A stretch of DNA of 64,000 nt from Spirochaetaceae bacterium (GCA_965224705.1 OZ245056.1:1728001-1792000), one strand, 5' to 3'; numbered from the stretch's first letter, positions 29,196-39,377 are shown. Made by a program: numbers and translations. The notes: a model not told the origin generated them from the letters alone.

Positions 29196-30702
29196 GCTTA
29201 TCAGGCATTGTCCCGTTCGAGTACGGTGTTCTATAGAACGGTGCCAGGCGGTCTCCCCACTGCTTATAGTGCGCATAAGCACCTTTATACAATTCTGACC
29301 GGGCGGCATCCGGCTTACAGGCGGATGCGTCATCTAAAACCACATGTTCATCCGTCAACGAAAACAAAGTCTTCTCGCCCCCGCCGTGCAGCATCCACAA
29401 AGCTTGCAGGGCGGCCCCGAACGCCGCCGATTCCGGCTGGCGAGGTATCAAAACCGGCAAATCCAGTACATCGGCGGCCATCTGCCGCCAGAGCTTACTT
29501 CTGGCACCGCCGCCAATCAGGCGGATTTCCGTCACCTTGAATCCCAGTTCCCGAAAGCGGTCCAGGCCAGTTTTCAGCCCGAACACCGCCGATTCCATAG
29601 AAGCGCGGATTATGTTGGCACGCTTAAAATTCAGAGAATTCAATCCCATAATACTGCCTCGGGCATGGGGAAGATTGGGTACTCTTTCGCCATTGAAAAA
29701 CGGCAGCATGCAAACTCCTTCCGCACCAATCGGCGCCCCGGATCCCGCTTCATTGATTTCCTCCAGGCTCATCTTCAGGAAGTCTCGGGTAAGTTCTGAT
29801 GCGACTGTACAGTTCATTGTGCATAGCAGGGGCAGCCAGCTATTGCTGGAAGAGCAGAATGCGGCAAGAATACCATCTTCATCAACAATCGGCTTGTCAC
29901 TGCATCCATAGAGGGTGCCGCTTGTGCCCAGGCTCATCGTCATTACCCCATTCCGTACTGCGCCGGTACCAATGGCTCCCATCATATTATCGCCGCCGCC
30001 GCTGGATACCGGTGTCTGCTCAGGCAGCCCGGTAAGGGCTGCCGCCTGTTTCGATATCCTGCCCATCACCGCATCCGGCGGAATAAGACGGGGCAGCTTG
30101 TCCGGCAGGGCATCGTCTATGCAGCGGATAAGCTCTTTATGCCAAACCCTGCCGCGGATATCCAGCAAGGCGGTACCCGAAGCATCGCCATATTCCATAG
30201 CCGCCTCGCCGGTAAGCCAGAAGTTCAAATAATCATGAGGAAGAAGGACCCAGCGCATCTGCTCAAACAATTCCGGATGACGTTTTTTTAACCAGAGAAT
30301 CTTACTGGCAGTGAAACCGGGAGCAATGAGATTGCCTACTTCGGACAGGAGCTTTTCCCTGCCGCCGAACTTTGCGGTTAACTCATTGCACTCCGCCGCA
30401 GTGGATGTATCGCACCATAGTTTTACCCTGTGGAGAGGATTGCCCTGTTCGTCGATGGGAACAAAACCATGCTGCTGACCGGAAACCCCCACTGCCTTCA
30501 CCCGGGAGCGAATCTCCGGATCAACCCGATCCATACAGGATTTCAATGCGTCAGTCCACCACTCTGCTCTCTGCTCACGGCAGCCATCATTCCCGGATAT
30601 AAGTTCGTGATTGGCGGATGCCATAGCCGCTATTTCCCGTTTTTCAGGATCGTAAAAGAGTACTTTTGTACTTTGAGTGCCGTTGTCTATGCCGAGTATC
30701 AT
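29185..30702 (-). CDS. xylB: Xylulokinase (FGGY kinase)
   Basis: LGID.GTQSTK, SGQQHG, LWCD, GGGDNM.GAIG, SLGTSGT, GERVP, GGGARS. Confidence 0.85.
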   Translation of the reverse strand: MILGIDNGTQSTKVLFYDPEKREIAAMASANHELISGNDGCREQRAEWWTDALKSCMDRVDPEIRSRVKAVGVSGQQHGFVPIDEQGNPLHRVKLWCDTSTAAECNELTAKFGGREKLLSEVGNLIAPGFTASKILWLKKRHPELFEQMRWVLLPHDYLNFWLTGEAAMEYGDASGTALLDIRGRVWHKELIRCIDDALPDKLPRLIPPDAVMGRISKQAAALTGLPEQTPVSSGGGDNMMGAIGTGAVRNGVMTMSLGTSGTLYGCSDKPIVDEDGILAAFCSSSNSWLPLLCTMNCTVASELTRDFLKMSLEEINEAGSGAPIGAEGVCMLPFFNGERVPNLPHARGSIMGLNSLNFKRANIIRASMESAVFGLKTGLDRFRELGFKVTEIRLIGGGARSKLWRQMAADVLDLPVLIPRQPESAAFGAALQALWMLHGGGEKTLFSLTDEHVVLDDASACKPDAARSELYKGAYAHYKQWGDRLAPFYRTPYSNGTMPDKPIP

Positions 30703-30713
30703 TGCCTGGTCCT

Positions 30714-31595
30714 CTACAAATGGGAACTGCAGTGAACAACGGAACTTTTAGTGTTCGCCAGTACGTCTTCATCCGTCATCTCAAAAGGATAGAAAACTTC
30801 CAGAAAAACCGGAACATTGTTTAAATTGTACTGCTTCATTTGTTTGCCGAACTGCTCCACGTCAAACAGTCCGCGCTTATCCGGCCAGCCCCAGTGGGAA
30901 TCACTTTGAAAATCGGTATTTTGAATATGAAGCGCACCGATATGTTTCTCCAGTTTTTCAAACCATTCCGTCATCGCTGCCGAATCACCATACAGCGGAC
31001 GGTAGAGGGCATGGCCTATGTCGAGAAGAAAACGGATAGGAATCGCCGTATTACTGAGATCTTTGACCATGGTTAAGGTCTGTTCAATTGTGTGAGGGAA
31101 TTCCCGCTTCAACGGTGTCGGCTCCAGGAGAATCTCCTTCAAACCAGATTTTTTGGCGCACTCGCAGAGGGTATGGAGAAAGTCAATCTGCTCCTTATAC
31201 AACTGACTGGTTTTCCCGGCATCGTTCGCGGCAGCCCAGCTTAATCCACCCAGCGGACCGCCTATAATGCTTACTTCCAGTTCCTCCGCCAGATCAACAG
31301 CGTTCATCCACCATGTTTTTGAGCTTTGTCTCGCCTCTGCGGAGGGATGCATCAAACCATTGTAGGTGTAATAAGCCAGGCCGGCAAATGCACTGTGGAT
31401 AACTATTTCCCGCTGCCTGCAGATTTTATTTGTTGCCGTGGCAAGTTTCCTCCTTTCCGATTGGGGCCACCAGGGATCGATAATATCAAAAGTGAACTGA
31501 ACATGCTTAACTCCCATTTCATCGGCTATCAGCCTGGTCCACTCTTCCGGTTCCGGCCAGCGTTTTACCGCAAAGCTCAAACTTAACCCAAACAT
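30714..31595 (-). CDS. Sugar-phosphate epimerase, TIM barrel (EryC-like)
   Basis: LSFAVKRWPEPEEW, LEPTP..RE.P, LD.GHA, H.Q.TD...D.HW; AGGAGG RBS before ATG 31595. Confidence 0.75.
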   Translation of the reverse strand: MFGLSLSFAVKRWPEPEEWTRLIADEMGVKHVQFTFDIIDPWWPQSERRKLATATNKICRQREIVIHSAFAGLAYYTYNGLMHPSAEARQSSKTWWMNAVDLAEELEVSIIGGPLGGLSWAAANDAGKTSQLYKEQIDFLHTLCECAKKSGLKEILLEPTPLKREFPHTIEQTLTMVKDLSNTAIPIRFLLDIGHALYRPLYGDSAAMTEWFEKLEKHIGALHIQNTDFQSDSHWGWPDKRGLFDVEQFGKQMKQYNLNNVPVFLEVFYPFEMTDEDVLANTKSSVVHCSSHL

Positions 31596-31616
31596 AATCA
31601 ACCTCCTGTGGGTGAC

Positions 31617-32180
31617 TTATTCCAGATTTGTGTGCCGTGAACGCATTTCTTCCGGACTCTGTCCGGTCTTTTCCCGCAGCATTATTGAAATTATATCGAA
31701 AAAGACAATCTGAACAATTTCATACAGGCTGCCCATTGGCAGAATGCTTTGGCCACCGCTTTTATCATCAGCCATGGTTTGTGCCGGTAAGCAGACAACG
31801 GTATCTGCCTGTTTTGGTACATCGCCATCGGACTGTGCCGTTACCGCCATCACCCGGGATCCAGCCTTCTGGGCTGTACCGGCAAGGGCTGAAACGGTGG
31901 AAAAATATCCCGGTCCCGCGCTGACAATCAGCAAATCCCCTTTCCCCAGAGGGGGAGTGGTCATGTCGCCTGTTACATGGGCATCCAACCCCAGATGCAT
32001 CAAACGCATGCACAGGGCTTTAATCATCAAACCTTCCCTGCCCACGCCGTAACAGGCAATCCGTTTTGCCTTCAGTATTTCCGCACACATGGCTTCTGCC
32101 GCTTCGGTGGATATCTTTTCACAGACTTTTTTAACATCTCCCAGAGCCGAGTTCGCCATTTCTTGAAAGTTGTTTGTCAT
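31617..32180 (-). CDS. SIS-domain protein, 6-phospho-3-hexuloisomerase-like
   Basis: GVGREGL...MRLMHLG, GDMTTP, PMGSLYE, RHTNLE. Confidence 0.85.
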   Translation of the reverse strand: MTNNFQEMANSALGDVKKVCEKISTEAAEAMCAEILKAKRIACYGVGREGLMIKALCMRLMHLGLDAHVTGDMTTPPLGKGDLLIVSAGPGYFSTVSALAGTAQKAGSRVMAVTAQSDGDVPKQADTVVCLPAQTMADDKSGGQSILPMGSLYEIVQIVFFDIISIMLREKTGQSPEEMRSRHTNLE

Positions 32181-33187
32181 TAGTTCTTTTTCCTCCTCTT
32201 ATTTAACAGTAGCCGTGAGACAGCATCAATGGACACGGCTATTACGACCACCGAACCGCTGACTATTGTCTGCCAGTAAGAGGATACTCCCAGAAGGACG
32301 ATAACATTCTGGATAACAGAAATAATCGAAACTCCAACGATAGCACCGACAGGATTGCCAATCCCTCCGGTAAGCGCCACGCCGCCGATTACCGGAGCGG
32401 CTATCGAAGTCAGCAGCCAGACTTCACCGATGGAAGGCTGGGATGAACCGAGCCGCGATACCATAAGCATTCCGGCCAGAGAGCCAAGAATACCGGCGGC
32501 GGCAAATGTCGCGGTACGGACAAGTTTTACCCGGACACCGACAATCTTCGCCGCTTCACGGCTGTCACCGATGGCGTAGATATAGCGTCCAAAAGTTGTA
32601 TACTGGGTTAAAATGATTATGAGCACTATACTGATGAACATGACAATAAACGGTACTGGCAGCCCGAATGCCATGCCCTGGCCAAGAAACAGGATTTTCT
32701 CCGGTATGTTCGTTATCGCTCTGCCGCGGGTAATAACCAGATTTATTCCCTTATATATACCAGACATGCCAATGGTAACCACCAGAGGATTCAATTCCAG
32801 TGCGGAAATGATTCCTCCATTTACCGCCCCGAAAACACCGCCCAGCAGAACACAAAGAATAAAGGAAAGCACCGGGTCCATTCCTGCTTCCACCATCAGC
32901 TTTCCACCGATTATCGCGGTGAGGCCGGCAATGGAGCCAATCGACAGATCAAGCTCGCCAAGAAGCAAAAGCAGCGATTGGCCAAGTGCCACCAGTCCCA
33001 CGAAGGCGATAGAACGAATAATGATGGTAATATTGTATTCAGTAAAAAAATTCCCCCGGGTTGCAGCCTGAGAGATAATCATGATAATGATCAACACCCC
33101 GATCATCCCGATAAACTGCTTTTGCCCGCCTATGTAGTTATTTCTGTTCAGGACGCTTCTTTTTATAGTGTTTAAGCTGAATTTCAT
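32180..33187 (-). CDS. Ribose-type sugar ABC permease
   Basis: [28 protein letters not shown]. Confidence 0.9.
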   Translation of the reverse strand: MKFSLNTIKRSVLNRNNYIGGQKQFIGMIGVLIIIMIISQAATRGNFFTEYNITIIIRSIAFVGLVALGQSLLLLLGELDLSIGSIAGLTAIIGGKLMVEAGMDPVLSFILCVLLGGVFGAVNGGIISALELNPLVVTIGMSGIYKGINLVITRGRAITNIPEKILFLGQGMAFGLPVPFIVMFISIVLIIILTQYTTFGRYIYAIGDSREAAKIVGVRVKLVRTATFAAAGILGSLAGMLMVSRLGSSQPSIGEVWLLTSIAAPVIGGVALTGGIGNPVGAIVGVSIISVIQNVIVLLGVSSYWQTIVSGSVVVIAVSIDAVSRLLLNKRRKKN

Positions 33188-34677
33188 TTCGCTGCTCCAA
33201 TTATTTCCCGCATTATTACGGATTTATCGATTTCCCCGGTGTAGAATTCAGCGGTCTTTCGACCCATGTAGAAGGTGATAATACGGCTGGTACATTTTAT
33301 TATCTCATCCATTTCCGATGATACTAGAATTATGGCGATGCGCTCCTGTTCGGCAAGATTTCTGATACGGCGGTGAATTTCTGCTTTTGCTTTAACGTCT
33401 ATTCCTTTGGTGGGTTCATCAAAAATTATCAGTTTGGGCTTTCCGAAGATAGCCCGGCCAATAATAGATTTTTGTTGATTTCCCCCGCTAAGGTACATAA
33501 TTTGCTGATTCAGGCCGCTGGTTTTTACATCAAGTTTTTCAATAAGCTGCTGAGAGATGTTTTTTTCAATGCTGCGTCGGATAAAACTCAGTTTTGAGGT
33601 TGCTTTGAATAAGGCAATGCCAAGATTATGCTGCACGCTCTGGGAAGGAAATATCCCCTGTTGTTTGCGTTCTTCAGGCAGATAGACAATCCCTGAACGC
33701 AGCGCATTAGGCGGACTTGATTTGTACTTTTTCCCCTTGAATTCAATGCTGCCGGAATCGTATTTCAAATAGCCCAGTATTGACTGCATCAGTTCACTGC
33801 GTCCGGCACCGATTAACCCGGCAAACCCGAGAACCTCCCCTTCGCGAATCTCGAAACTCACATCGGAAAACCTGATTCCGTCAAGATGCTGAACTTTCAT
33901 AACCACATCGCCACCGGGAACAGTCGGACGAAATACTTCATCAATATCAATTTCTTCCCCTGACATTTTCGTGACAATCCACTTGCTGTCCACCTGTTCA
34001 ATTGGCAGTTCCCCTACCAGGCAGCCATTGCGCAGTATGGACACATGAGTGCCGATGGCGAACATTTCTTCCAGCTTGTGGGATATAAAAATGATTGTCT
34101 TTCCTTCGCTTTGAAGCCGTTTAACGATTCTAAACAGCACCTCTATTTCTAAATTGGTGAGCGATGTGGTTGGTTCATCCATGATGAGAACTTTGTAGCC
34201 GGTTTGGGTTTCGGCTCTGGCAATTTGTAAAAGCTGCTGGTGCGCGATGGAGATATTTCGTACCATTTCCTGCGGGTTCACATTGATGTGGAATTCCGCC
34301 AGCCGTTCCTTTGCCCGCTGATTCATCATTTTCTTTGAGACAAAAGGCCCTTTCATGCCGCTTTTATTAAACGGCATGAAAAGGTTTTCCGCGACAGTCA
34401 TATTGGGAAACAGATCAATCTCCTGAGGGACGCAGGCAATCAAATCATGGACAGCCCGGTGAGCTGAAACATCCCGGCCATCAATTAGAATCCTGCCTTT
34501 GTCAGATTTGTAAAACCCGGTTAGGACTCTTACCAACGTACTCTTTCCGGCACCGTTTTCACCTATGATGCAGTGAACACTCCCCGCACGGACTTTCAGA
34601 TTTATATCATCCAGTGCGATAACTCCCGGAAAACTCTTGGTCAGATTAAAAACTTCAATTACAAATTGCTGATCCAT
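33184..34677 (-). CDS. Sugar ABC ATP-binding protein (two ABC domains)
   Basis: GENGAGKST, MDEPT, LSGGNQQK, DEPTKGIDV; start probably ATG 34677. Confidence 0.9.
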   Translation of the reverse strand: MDQQFVIEVFNLTKSFPGVIALDDINLKVRAGSVHCIIGENGAGKSTLVRVLTGFYKSDKGRILIDGRDVSAHRAVHDLIACVPQEIDLFPNMTVAENLFMPFNKSGMKGPFVSKKMMNQRAKERLAEFHINVNPQEMVRNISIAHQQLLQIARAETQTGYKVLIMDEPTTSLTNLEIEVLFRIVKRLQSEGKTIIFISHKLEEMFAIGTHVSILRNGCLVGELPIEQVDSKWIVTKMSGEEIDIDEVFRPTVPGGDVVMKVQHLDGIRFSDVSFEIREGEVLGFAGLIGAGRSELMQSILGYLKYDSGSIEFKGKKYKSSPPNALRSGIVYLPEERKQQGIFPSQSVQHNLGIALFKATSKLSFIRRSIEKNISQQLIEKLDVKTSGLNQQIMYLSGGNQQKSIIGRAIFGKPKLIIFDEPTKGIDVKAKAEIHRRIRNLAEQERIAIILVSSEMDEIIKCTSRIITFYMGRKTAEFYTGEIDKSVIMREIIGAAK

Positions 34678-34736
34678 TATGCAATAATTTCTGTCCTCTG
34701 GTATGATCTCAAAGATACTGAGAGATTCTCCGCGGT

Positions 34737-35720
34737 TTAGAAGCCAACATAATTGGGATCCGCCGCCAATTCCGTTGTTAACAAACCAATACCCGTATCG
34801 ATAACTCTTGGTGAGGGCTGGCCTATTGCCTGCTGCCATAATGCGAGAACGGAATACTGCCCCTGCATGAGCGGTTTTGTACAGGCTGAAAATTGCATTA
34901 TGCCTTCATTCATCAATTGAATCATTGGCGGCAGATCTTCCAGGCCGATTAGCAGAACCTCGCCCGCTTTACCGGCTTCGCGGATAGCTGAGCCGATACC
35001 GATGGGACCGGCCGCATCACTGGTAACAAAGCCGTTAAGATCGGGATGGGCGGACAGAATGGAAGCCGCCTGCTCCTGAGCCTGCTCAATACTGTCATTT
35101 GCGATGCCTTCGGCAACAACTTCAATATCGGGATATTTCGCAAATACAGCACGGTGCGATTCGGTGCGAATCCTGTGATTCGGTGCTGTCGGCACACCCT
35201 GCATAATGGCCACTTTCCCCTTGTAATCAATCATCTCTGCGAGTCTTTCCGAAGCGTAGGCCGCCTGCTCCGCGAAGTCGTTATTCACTTCTGTAAGGTT
35301 CATGCCCGGAGGGGAAACAGAGTCAAAAATAACCACAGGGATGCCCCGCGAAATAGCTTCTTCCAGCAGCACCCGGTTTCCATCCGGATCGAGCAAATCA
35401 ATGAAGATTCCATCGGGGTTGGTTGCAATAGTTCTCTCGATAATCTCATTTTGTTGAACAACATCGGCGTTTTCCGGAGCACGATACTCTACTTCAACAA
35501 TATCACCCGTTTCTTCCGAAAGACGCTCTGCTGCGGCAATCGCACCTTTCTCCACCTGATCAAACCAGGGATGAACAACCTTCGAAATCATGACGAACCG
35601 GAAAGTTCGCTGAGTTTCGGCTGTCTGATCCGTCTTCTCTGCTTCTTCCTGAGCAGTACAGGCTGCGAAAAGGATACTGAACAGCAACAAAACGACAATG
35701 CTGGGCACAAGTTTTTTCAT
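34737..35720 (-). CDS. Sugar ABC substrate-binding lipoprotein
   Basis: Lipobox FAAC; K.VHPWF, GIPVVIFDS, QGVPTAPNH; GAGGAGG RBS. Confidence 0.9.
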   Translation of the reverse strand: MKKLVPSIVVLLLFSILFAACTAQEEAEKTDQTAETQRTFRFVMISKVVHPWFDQVEKGAIAAAERLSEETGDIVEVEYRAPENADVVQQNEIIERTIATNPDGIFIDLLDPDGNRVLLEEAISRGIPVVIFDSVSPPGMNLTEVNNDFAEQAAYASERLAEMIDYKGKVAIMQGVPTAPNHRIRTESHRAVFAKYPDIEVVAEGIANDSIEQAQEQAASILSAHPDLNGFVTSDAAGPIGIGSAIREAGKAGEVLLIGLEDLPPMIQLMNEGIMQFSACTKPLMQGQYSVLALWQQAIGQPSPRVIDTGIGLLTTELAADPNYVGF

Positions 35721-35817
35721 GAATTACCTCCTCAATGAAAATTAGTGCTATTGAGAAATAATCTCAAACCCATAATGGCTTTATAGTATACACAGTTCAT
35801 TTAGTCAAGCTGTTTTG

Positions 35818-35829
35818 CCCCCCCCCCCC
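35818..35829. repeat. C12 homopolymer just upstream of the minus-strand promoter
   Basis: 12 consecutive C; TTGACT (35808-35803)-17-TATAAA on the minus strand begins about 10 bp away. Confidence 0.8.
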
Positions 35830-36025
35830 ATCTTACAGCACCGAACTTATGTGGAATGCCTCTTTCCCGTCATTATATCGCACGTTGGACGGATTTTATG
35901 GGAACAATAATGGATACAGATTCAAAGGCAGCCCGAAGGAAAAAGAAAAATCTGGTGAGAAAATTAAAAGAGGAATCAAACAAAATACAAAAATCGGAAA
36001 AAACATCGGGAGGGCACTCGTATTG

Positions 36026-36248
36026 AGTGTCAGGAAGCTTGTAGGGATGAGTAGAGACAGCTTTTTCAAAAATAATATATTGTTAATAAAGTAATTACAA
36101 TGGGTTTTGACCGGTGCGGATTTTTAACGATCAGCATGGTTCTTTTATCAAATCATAACCATAAACATATAAGAACAATTACATCAGGTAGAAAACGCCT
36201 CCTTACCTAAGTACAATGCAAGCAGACATCTACAAGCTTTCGGACACT
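36026..36248. promoter_or_regulatory. IR-bounded 223-bp segment (candidate invertible promoter, locus 2)
   Basis: IRs AGTGTCAGGAAGCTTGTAG and CTACAAGCTTTCGGACACT; interior motif shared with 9141-9167. Confidence 0.65.
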
Positions 36249-36316
36249 ACGTAAGCATAAAAAACAGCCATGATTCAAACATTAGAGGTGTTTTCTGATG
36301 GACAATATGCTAGACT

Positions 36317-37255
36317 GTGGGCGTGATCGTTACAATTATCGTTCCCTGTTTCAATGAAGAAGAAGTCATCACGGCCACATGCAGCCGATTATCCGATATG
36401 GCCAGGGGTGTAGACTGGAATGCGGAGTTCCTGTTTGTCAACGATGGGAGCCGGGATCGGACTTTAGAACTGCTTAGAGAGCAATGTGCACTAGACACAA
36501 GGTTCAAAATTGTCAGTTTCTCCCGGAATTTTGGACACCAGTCTGCGGTCAGTGCCGGATTAAAATACGCTTCGGGAGATGCGGCCGTCATTATCGATGC
36601 CGATCTTCAGGATCCGCCGGAACTTATCCCCGAGATGGTGAAAAAATGGCAGGCGGGCGAAGGCGACATTGTCTTCGGTCAGCGAACCGTTCGGAAGGGA
36701 GAGTCCGTATTCAAGAGAGTCAGCGCGAAGCTGTTTTACCGGATACTCAACCGGCTTGCCGATACATCAATTCCCAATGATACCGGGGACTTTCGCCTGG
36801 TTGACAGGAAGGTTGTCGATGCTTTCAACAATCTACCTGAGCGAAACAAATACATCAGAGGCCTGTTCCCCTGGCTCGGTTTCAAATCGGTGCCTATTGA
36901 ATATGAACGGGATCCACGGCTGGCCGGGGAAACAAAGTATCCTCTGACGAAGATGATCCGATTTGCCTCCGATGGATTCCTTTCCTTCAGCCGTAAACCT
37001 CTGAAGATGGCCACTGGATTCGGAATTGCCAATATAATTATCTCGCTTGCCCTTGTGGTTTGTGTCTTTGCCGCTTACCTTTCGGGCTTGATTGTAGCGG
37101 TTTCGGACTGGATTTTGATTCTTCTGATCGTTATTTTCTTCAGCGGTGTGCAGCTTCTCTGCATCGGAGTTCTGGGGTCATACATCGGACGGATATTTGA
37201 TGAAGTTAAGGGACGGCCGGAGTTCGTTGTCGATGAAACTCTTGGATTGGAATAG
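36317..37255 (+). CDS. GT2 polyprenol-phosphate glycosyltransferase (GtrB-like)
   Basis: VPCFNEE, VNDGS.D.T, FSRNFGHQ, IDADLQDPPE, GDFRL.D, two C-terminal TM helices. Confidence 0.92.
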   Translation: MGVIVTIIVPCFNEEEVITATCSRLSDMARGVDWNAEFLFVNDGSRDRTLELLREQCALDTRFKIVSFSRNFGHQSAVSAGLKYASGDAAVIIDADLQDPPELIPEMVKKWQAGEGDIVFGQRTVRKGESVFKRVSAKLFYRILNRLADTSIPNDTGDFRLVDRKVVDAFNNLPERNKYIRGLFPWLGFKSVPIEYERDPRLAGETKYPLTKMIRFASDGFLSFSRKPLKMATGFGIANIIISLALVVCVFAAYLSGLIVAVSDWILILLIVIFFSGVQLLCIGVLGSYIGRIFDEVKGRPEFVVDETLGLE

Positions 37256-37269
37256 GAGATGGATAATAC

Positions 37270-38643
37270 ATGAAACTGCAGAGCGATCGCTGGTTCAAAC
37301 CGATCTGGATTTTTTACGCTGTCATCCTTGTGCTTCTCTATACAGTTTTCTTTGATTCATATCTGAATGAATATCTGGATAATGCCTGGACTCTCTCCTG
37401 GGCTCACGGATGGTGGACGGATGGCGAGGTCTATGATCAGGTCTTCGGACATATCAAAGGAGACGGAGGAACATCCCTTTTCAGCCGGTCATTTGTATTT
37501 GTCTACGGCGGGCTTGCACAGGTTTTCGGATGGAGCCGGGGTGTCGGAATTATTATCTCCTCACTGTTCACTATCGGAACGGCAGTACTCTGGTATCGTA
37601 TTGTCCGGAATCTGGGATATCGCAAACAGGCCGCAGTCAGTTTTGCCCTGATCTTGCTTCTTCTTGAGATTTTCTATGCCAACGGGCACAAGATCCGGGT
37701 GGATGCCATGGGATTATTCCTGGATAGTCTGGCCCTTCTTCTTTTTATCAGGCACAGGTATCTGCTCGCAGGATTGGTCCTTGGCATTGCCTTTGAGAGT
37801 CATCCCTTCGCCATGGCCGCAGGTTTCTGGATGCTGGCATATCTGTGGACTTTTCGGAAAGATGTACAGAAGGACTGGAAAATCTGGTTTAAAAGGGCCG
37901 GGTTGTTCTTTGCGGGGCTGAGCATTGGATTTTTGTACTGGTGGCTTCTGCACCATAAGTACTTAGGAAACACTGGAGTTGGTGAACGTTTGAACGGCAA
38001 CGCACTCTGGGAATACTTTTTCGTGAAGCGGTATTCCTGGAGGCACTGGCCGGAACTGGTCATGATTTTAGCGGGAACAACTGTATTTATTGTAAAAAAA
38101 TCCTGGAAGAAACATCCGTTCATCCTGCCGTTTATGATCGCTTCCCTATTGGTTACTTTCATAATACCCCGGGCGAATTTTCACTATACCGCTTATGTCT
38201 ATCTCTCTTTTGTGCTGCTTCTGATTGTTGCCGCCGAGGATTTCAAAATACTTCCATGGCTGCTGGCGGGTATTTTCCTCTTCCAGGTTCCCCAATACGG
38301 CTGGCTGTTCTGGACACAGAAGGGATATAACCAGCGTGAGTACATGGCCGAACTGCAGGCCAGAGTTCCAAAGGAACCGGAAACGATCTATGGGAATCCG
38401 GGTTCCTGGTTTGCCTTTCAGGACCGTGATTACAGAGCCTACGGATATTATGAGAGAGCCGGGATTCCGCAGGAAGAATGGCCGAAAGCGTTTCTGACAA
38501 TAGTCACCAAAGATATTGTCCGATGGGGAGGAATGAATACTTATTCGGAAATGACTCACAGGTACAGCACAACCCTCCTCGACGAATGGACCGACTGGGA
38601 GGGAAAACCCGTAAGGCTGCTGCTTCATGAGCGAATCGATTGA
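37270..38643 (+). CDS. Multi-TM membrane protein, probable GT-C glycosyltransferase
   Basis: Many TM segments, early acidic LD motif, RVD motif; lies between GtrB-like and GtrA-like genes. Confidence 0.65.
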   Translation: MKLQSDRWFKPIWIFYAVILVLLYTVFFDSYLNEYLDNAWTLSWAHGWWTDGEVYDQVFGHIKGDGGTSLFSRSFVFVYGGLAQVFGWSRGVGIIISSLFTIGTAVLWYRIVRNLGYRKQAAVSFALILLLLEIFYANGHKIRVDAMGLFLDSLALLLFIRHRYLLAGLVLGIAFESHPFAMAAGFWMLAYLWTFRKDVQKDWKIWFKRAGLFFAGLSIGFLYWWLLHHKYLGNTGVGERLNGNALWEYFFVKRYSWRHWPELVMILAGTTVFIVKKSWKKHPFILPFMIASLLVTFIIPRANFHYTAYVYLSFVLLLIVAAEDFKILPWLLAGIFLFQVPQYGWLFWTQKGYNQREYMAELQARVPKEPETIYGNPGSWFAFQDRDYRAYGYYERAGIPQEEWPKAFLTIVTKDIVRWGGMNTYSEMTHRYSTTLLDEWTDWEGKPVRLLLHERID

Positions 38644-39088
38644 TACCGCTGAGTCCCGTAAGGGGCATCATTTTTTTTTCCGCGAATTCTGGACAATGTT
38701 CCGCTACGGTCTTGTGGGCTTTGCCAATACCGGTGTGTTTGCCCTGGCCGCCTGGCTGCTTGAAAAGACCGGTTGGCATTATACGGCCTATACGGCTCTG
38801 GCCTACGCCATCGCAATTCTGTTCAGCTTCACGATGAACACGCTCTTCACATTCAGGAAATCGGGTAATCCTCTGCTTCCTATGTTCACAAAGTTCATCA
38901 TTACGACCCTGAGTCTGCTGGGCCTGGTACAGTTAATACAGCTGGTTCTAATAGAAAAGGCGGGTTGGCAGGAACTGGCCGGCATCATCGCCGGGATGGT
39001 GTTCTACACAGGAGTCGGGTACACTATCAATCGGATCTGGGTCTTCCGGATCGCAGGACCGAAGGACCAGGAGTCTGTCGGAGCTTAA
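38627..39088 (+). CDS. GtrA family protein
   Basis: RYGLVG..NT, SF.MN..FTF, Y..NR.WVF. Confidence 0.88.
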   Translation: MSESIDTAESRKGHHFFFREFWTMFRYGLVGFANTGVFALAAWLLEKTGWHYTAYTALAYAIAILFSFTMNTLFTFRKSGNPLLPMFTKFIITTLSLLGLVQLIQLVLIEKAGWQELAGIIAGMVFYTGVGYTINRIWVFRIAGPKDQESVGA

Positions 39089-39150
39089 GTCAGAACTCGT
39101 CTTTGACCCTTAATACGGCACCTAAAAAGCCGCTTAAAATGCTCATGGAG
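39071..39150 (+). mobile_element. Degenerate MITE family A copy overlapping the 3' end of the GtrA gene
   Basis: CCAG|GAGTCTGTCGGA...CTCG.CTTTGACCCTT...AAAATGCTCA. Confidence 0.55.
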
Positions 39151-39377
39151 TGCGCTATGAAAACTCGTAGGGAGGGGAGGTCAGAAAAATAGAATTTTAG
39201 TTACAGAAACTTCTTTTACAACCTGATGGATATCAATCCCATCTGTTAGGAGTACTGGCAATGCAGGCAGAAGCAGTCCTGCATGTGTTATCGTAAAATA
39301 CTACTGGACAAATCGCCCAGGTAGATTTAATATGCTTATAGACATCTAGAAGACTATATTTCTATAAGAGGTGCGGG

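Noticed and set aside
35856..36026. Short lysine-rich ORF next to the IR unit as an invertase remnant
   Set aside because: No recombinase motif recognisable in any frame.
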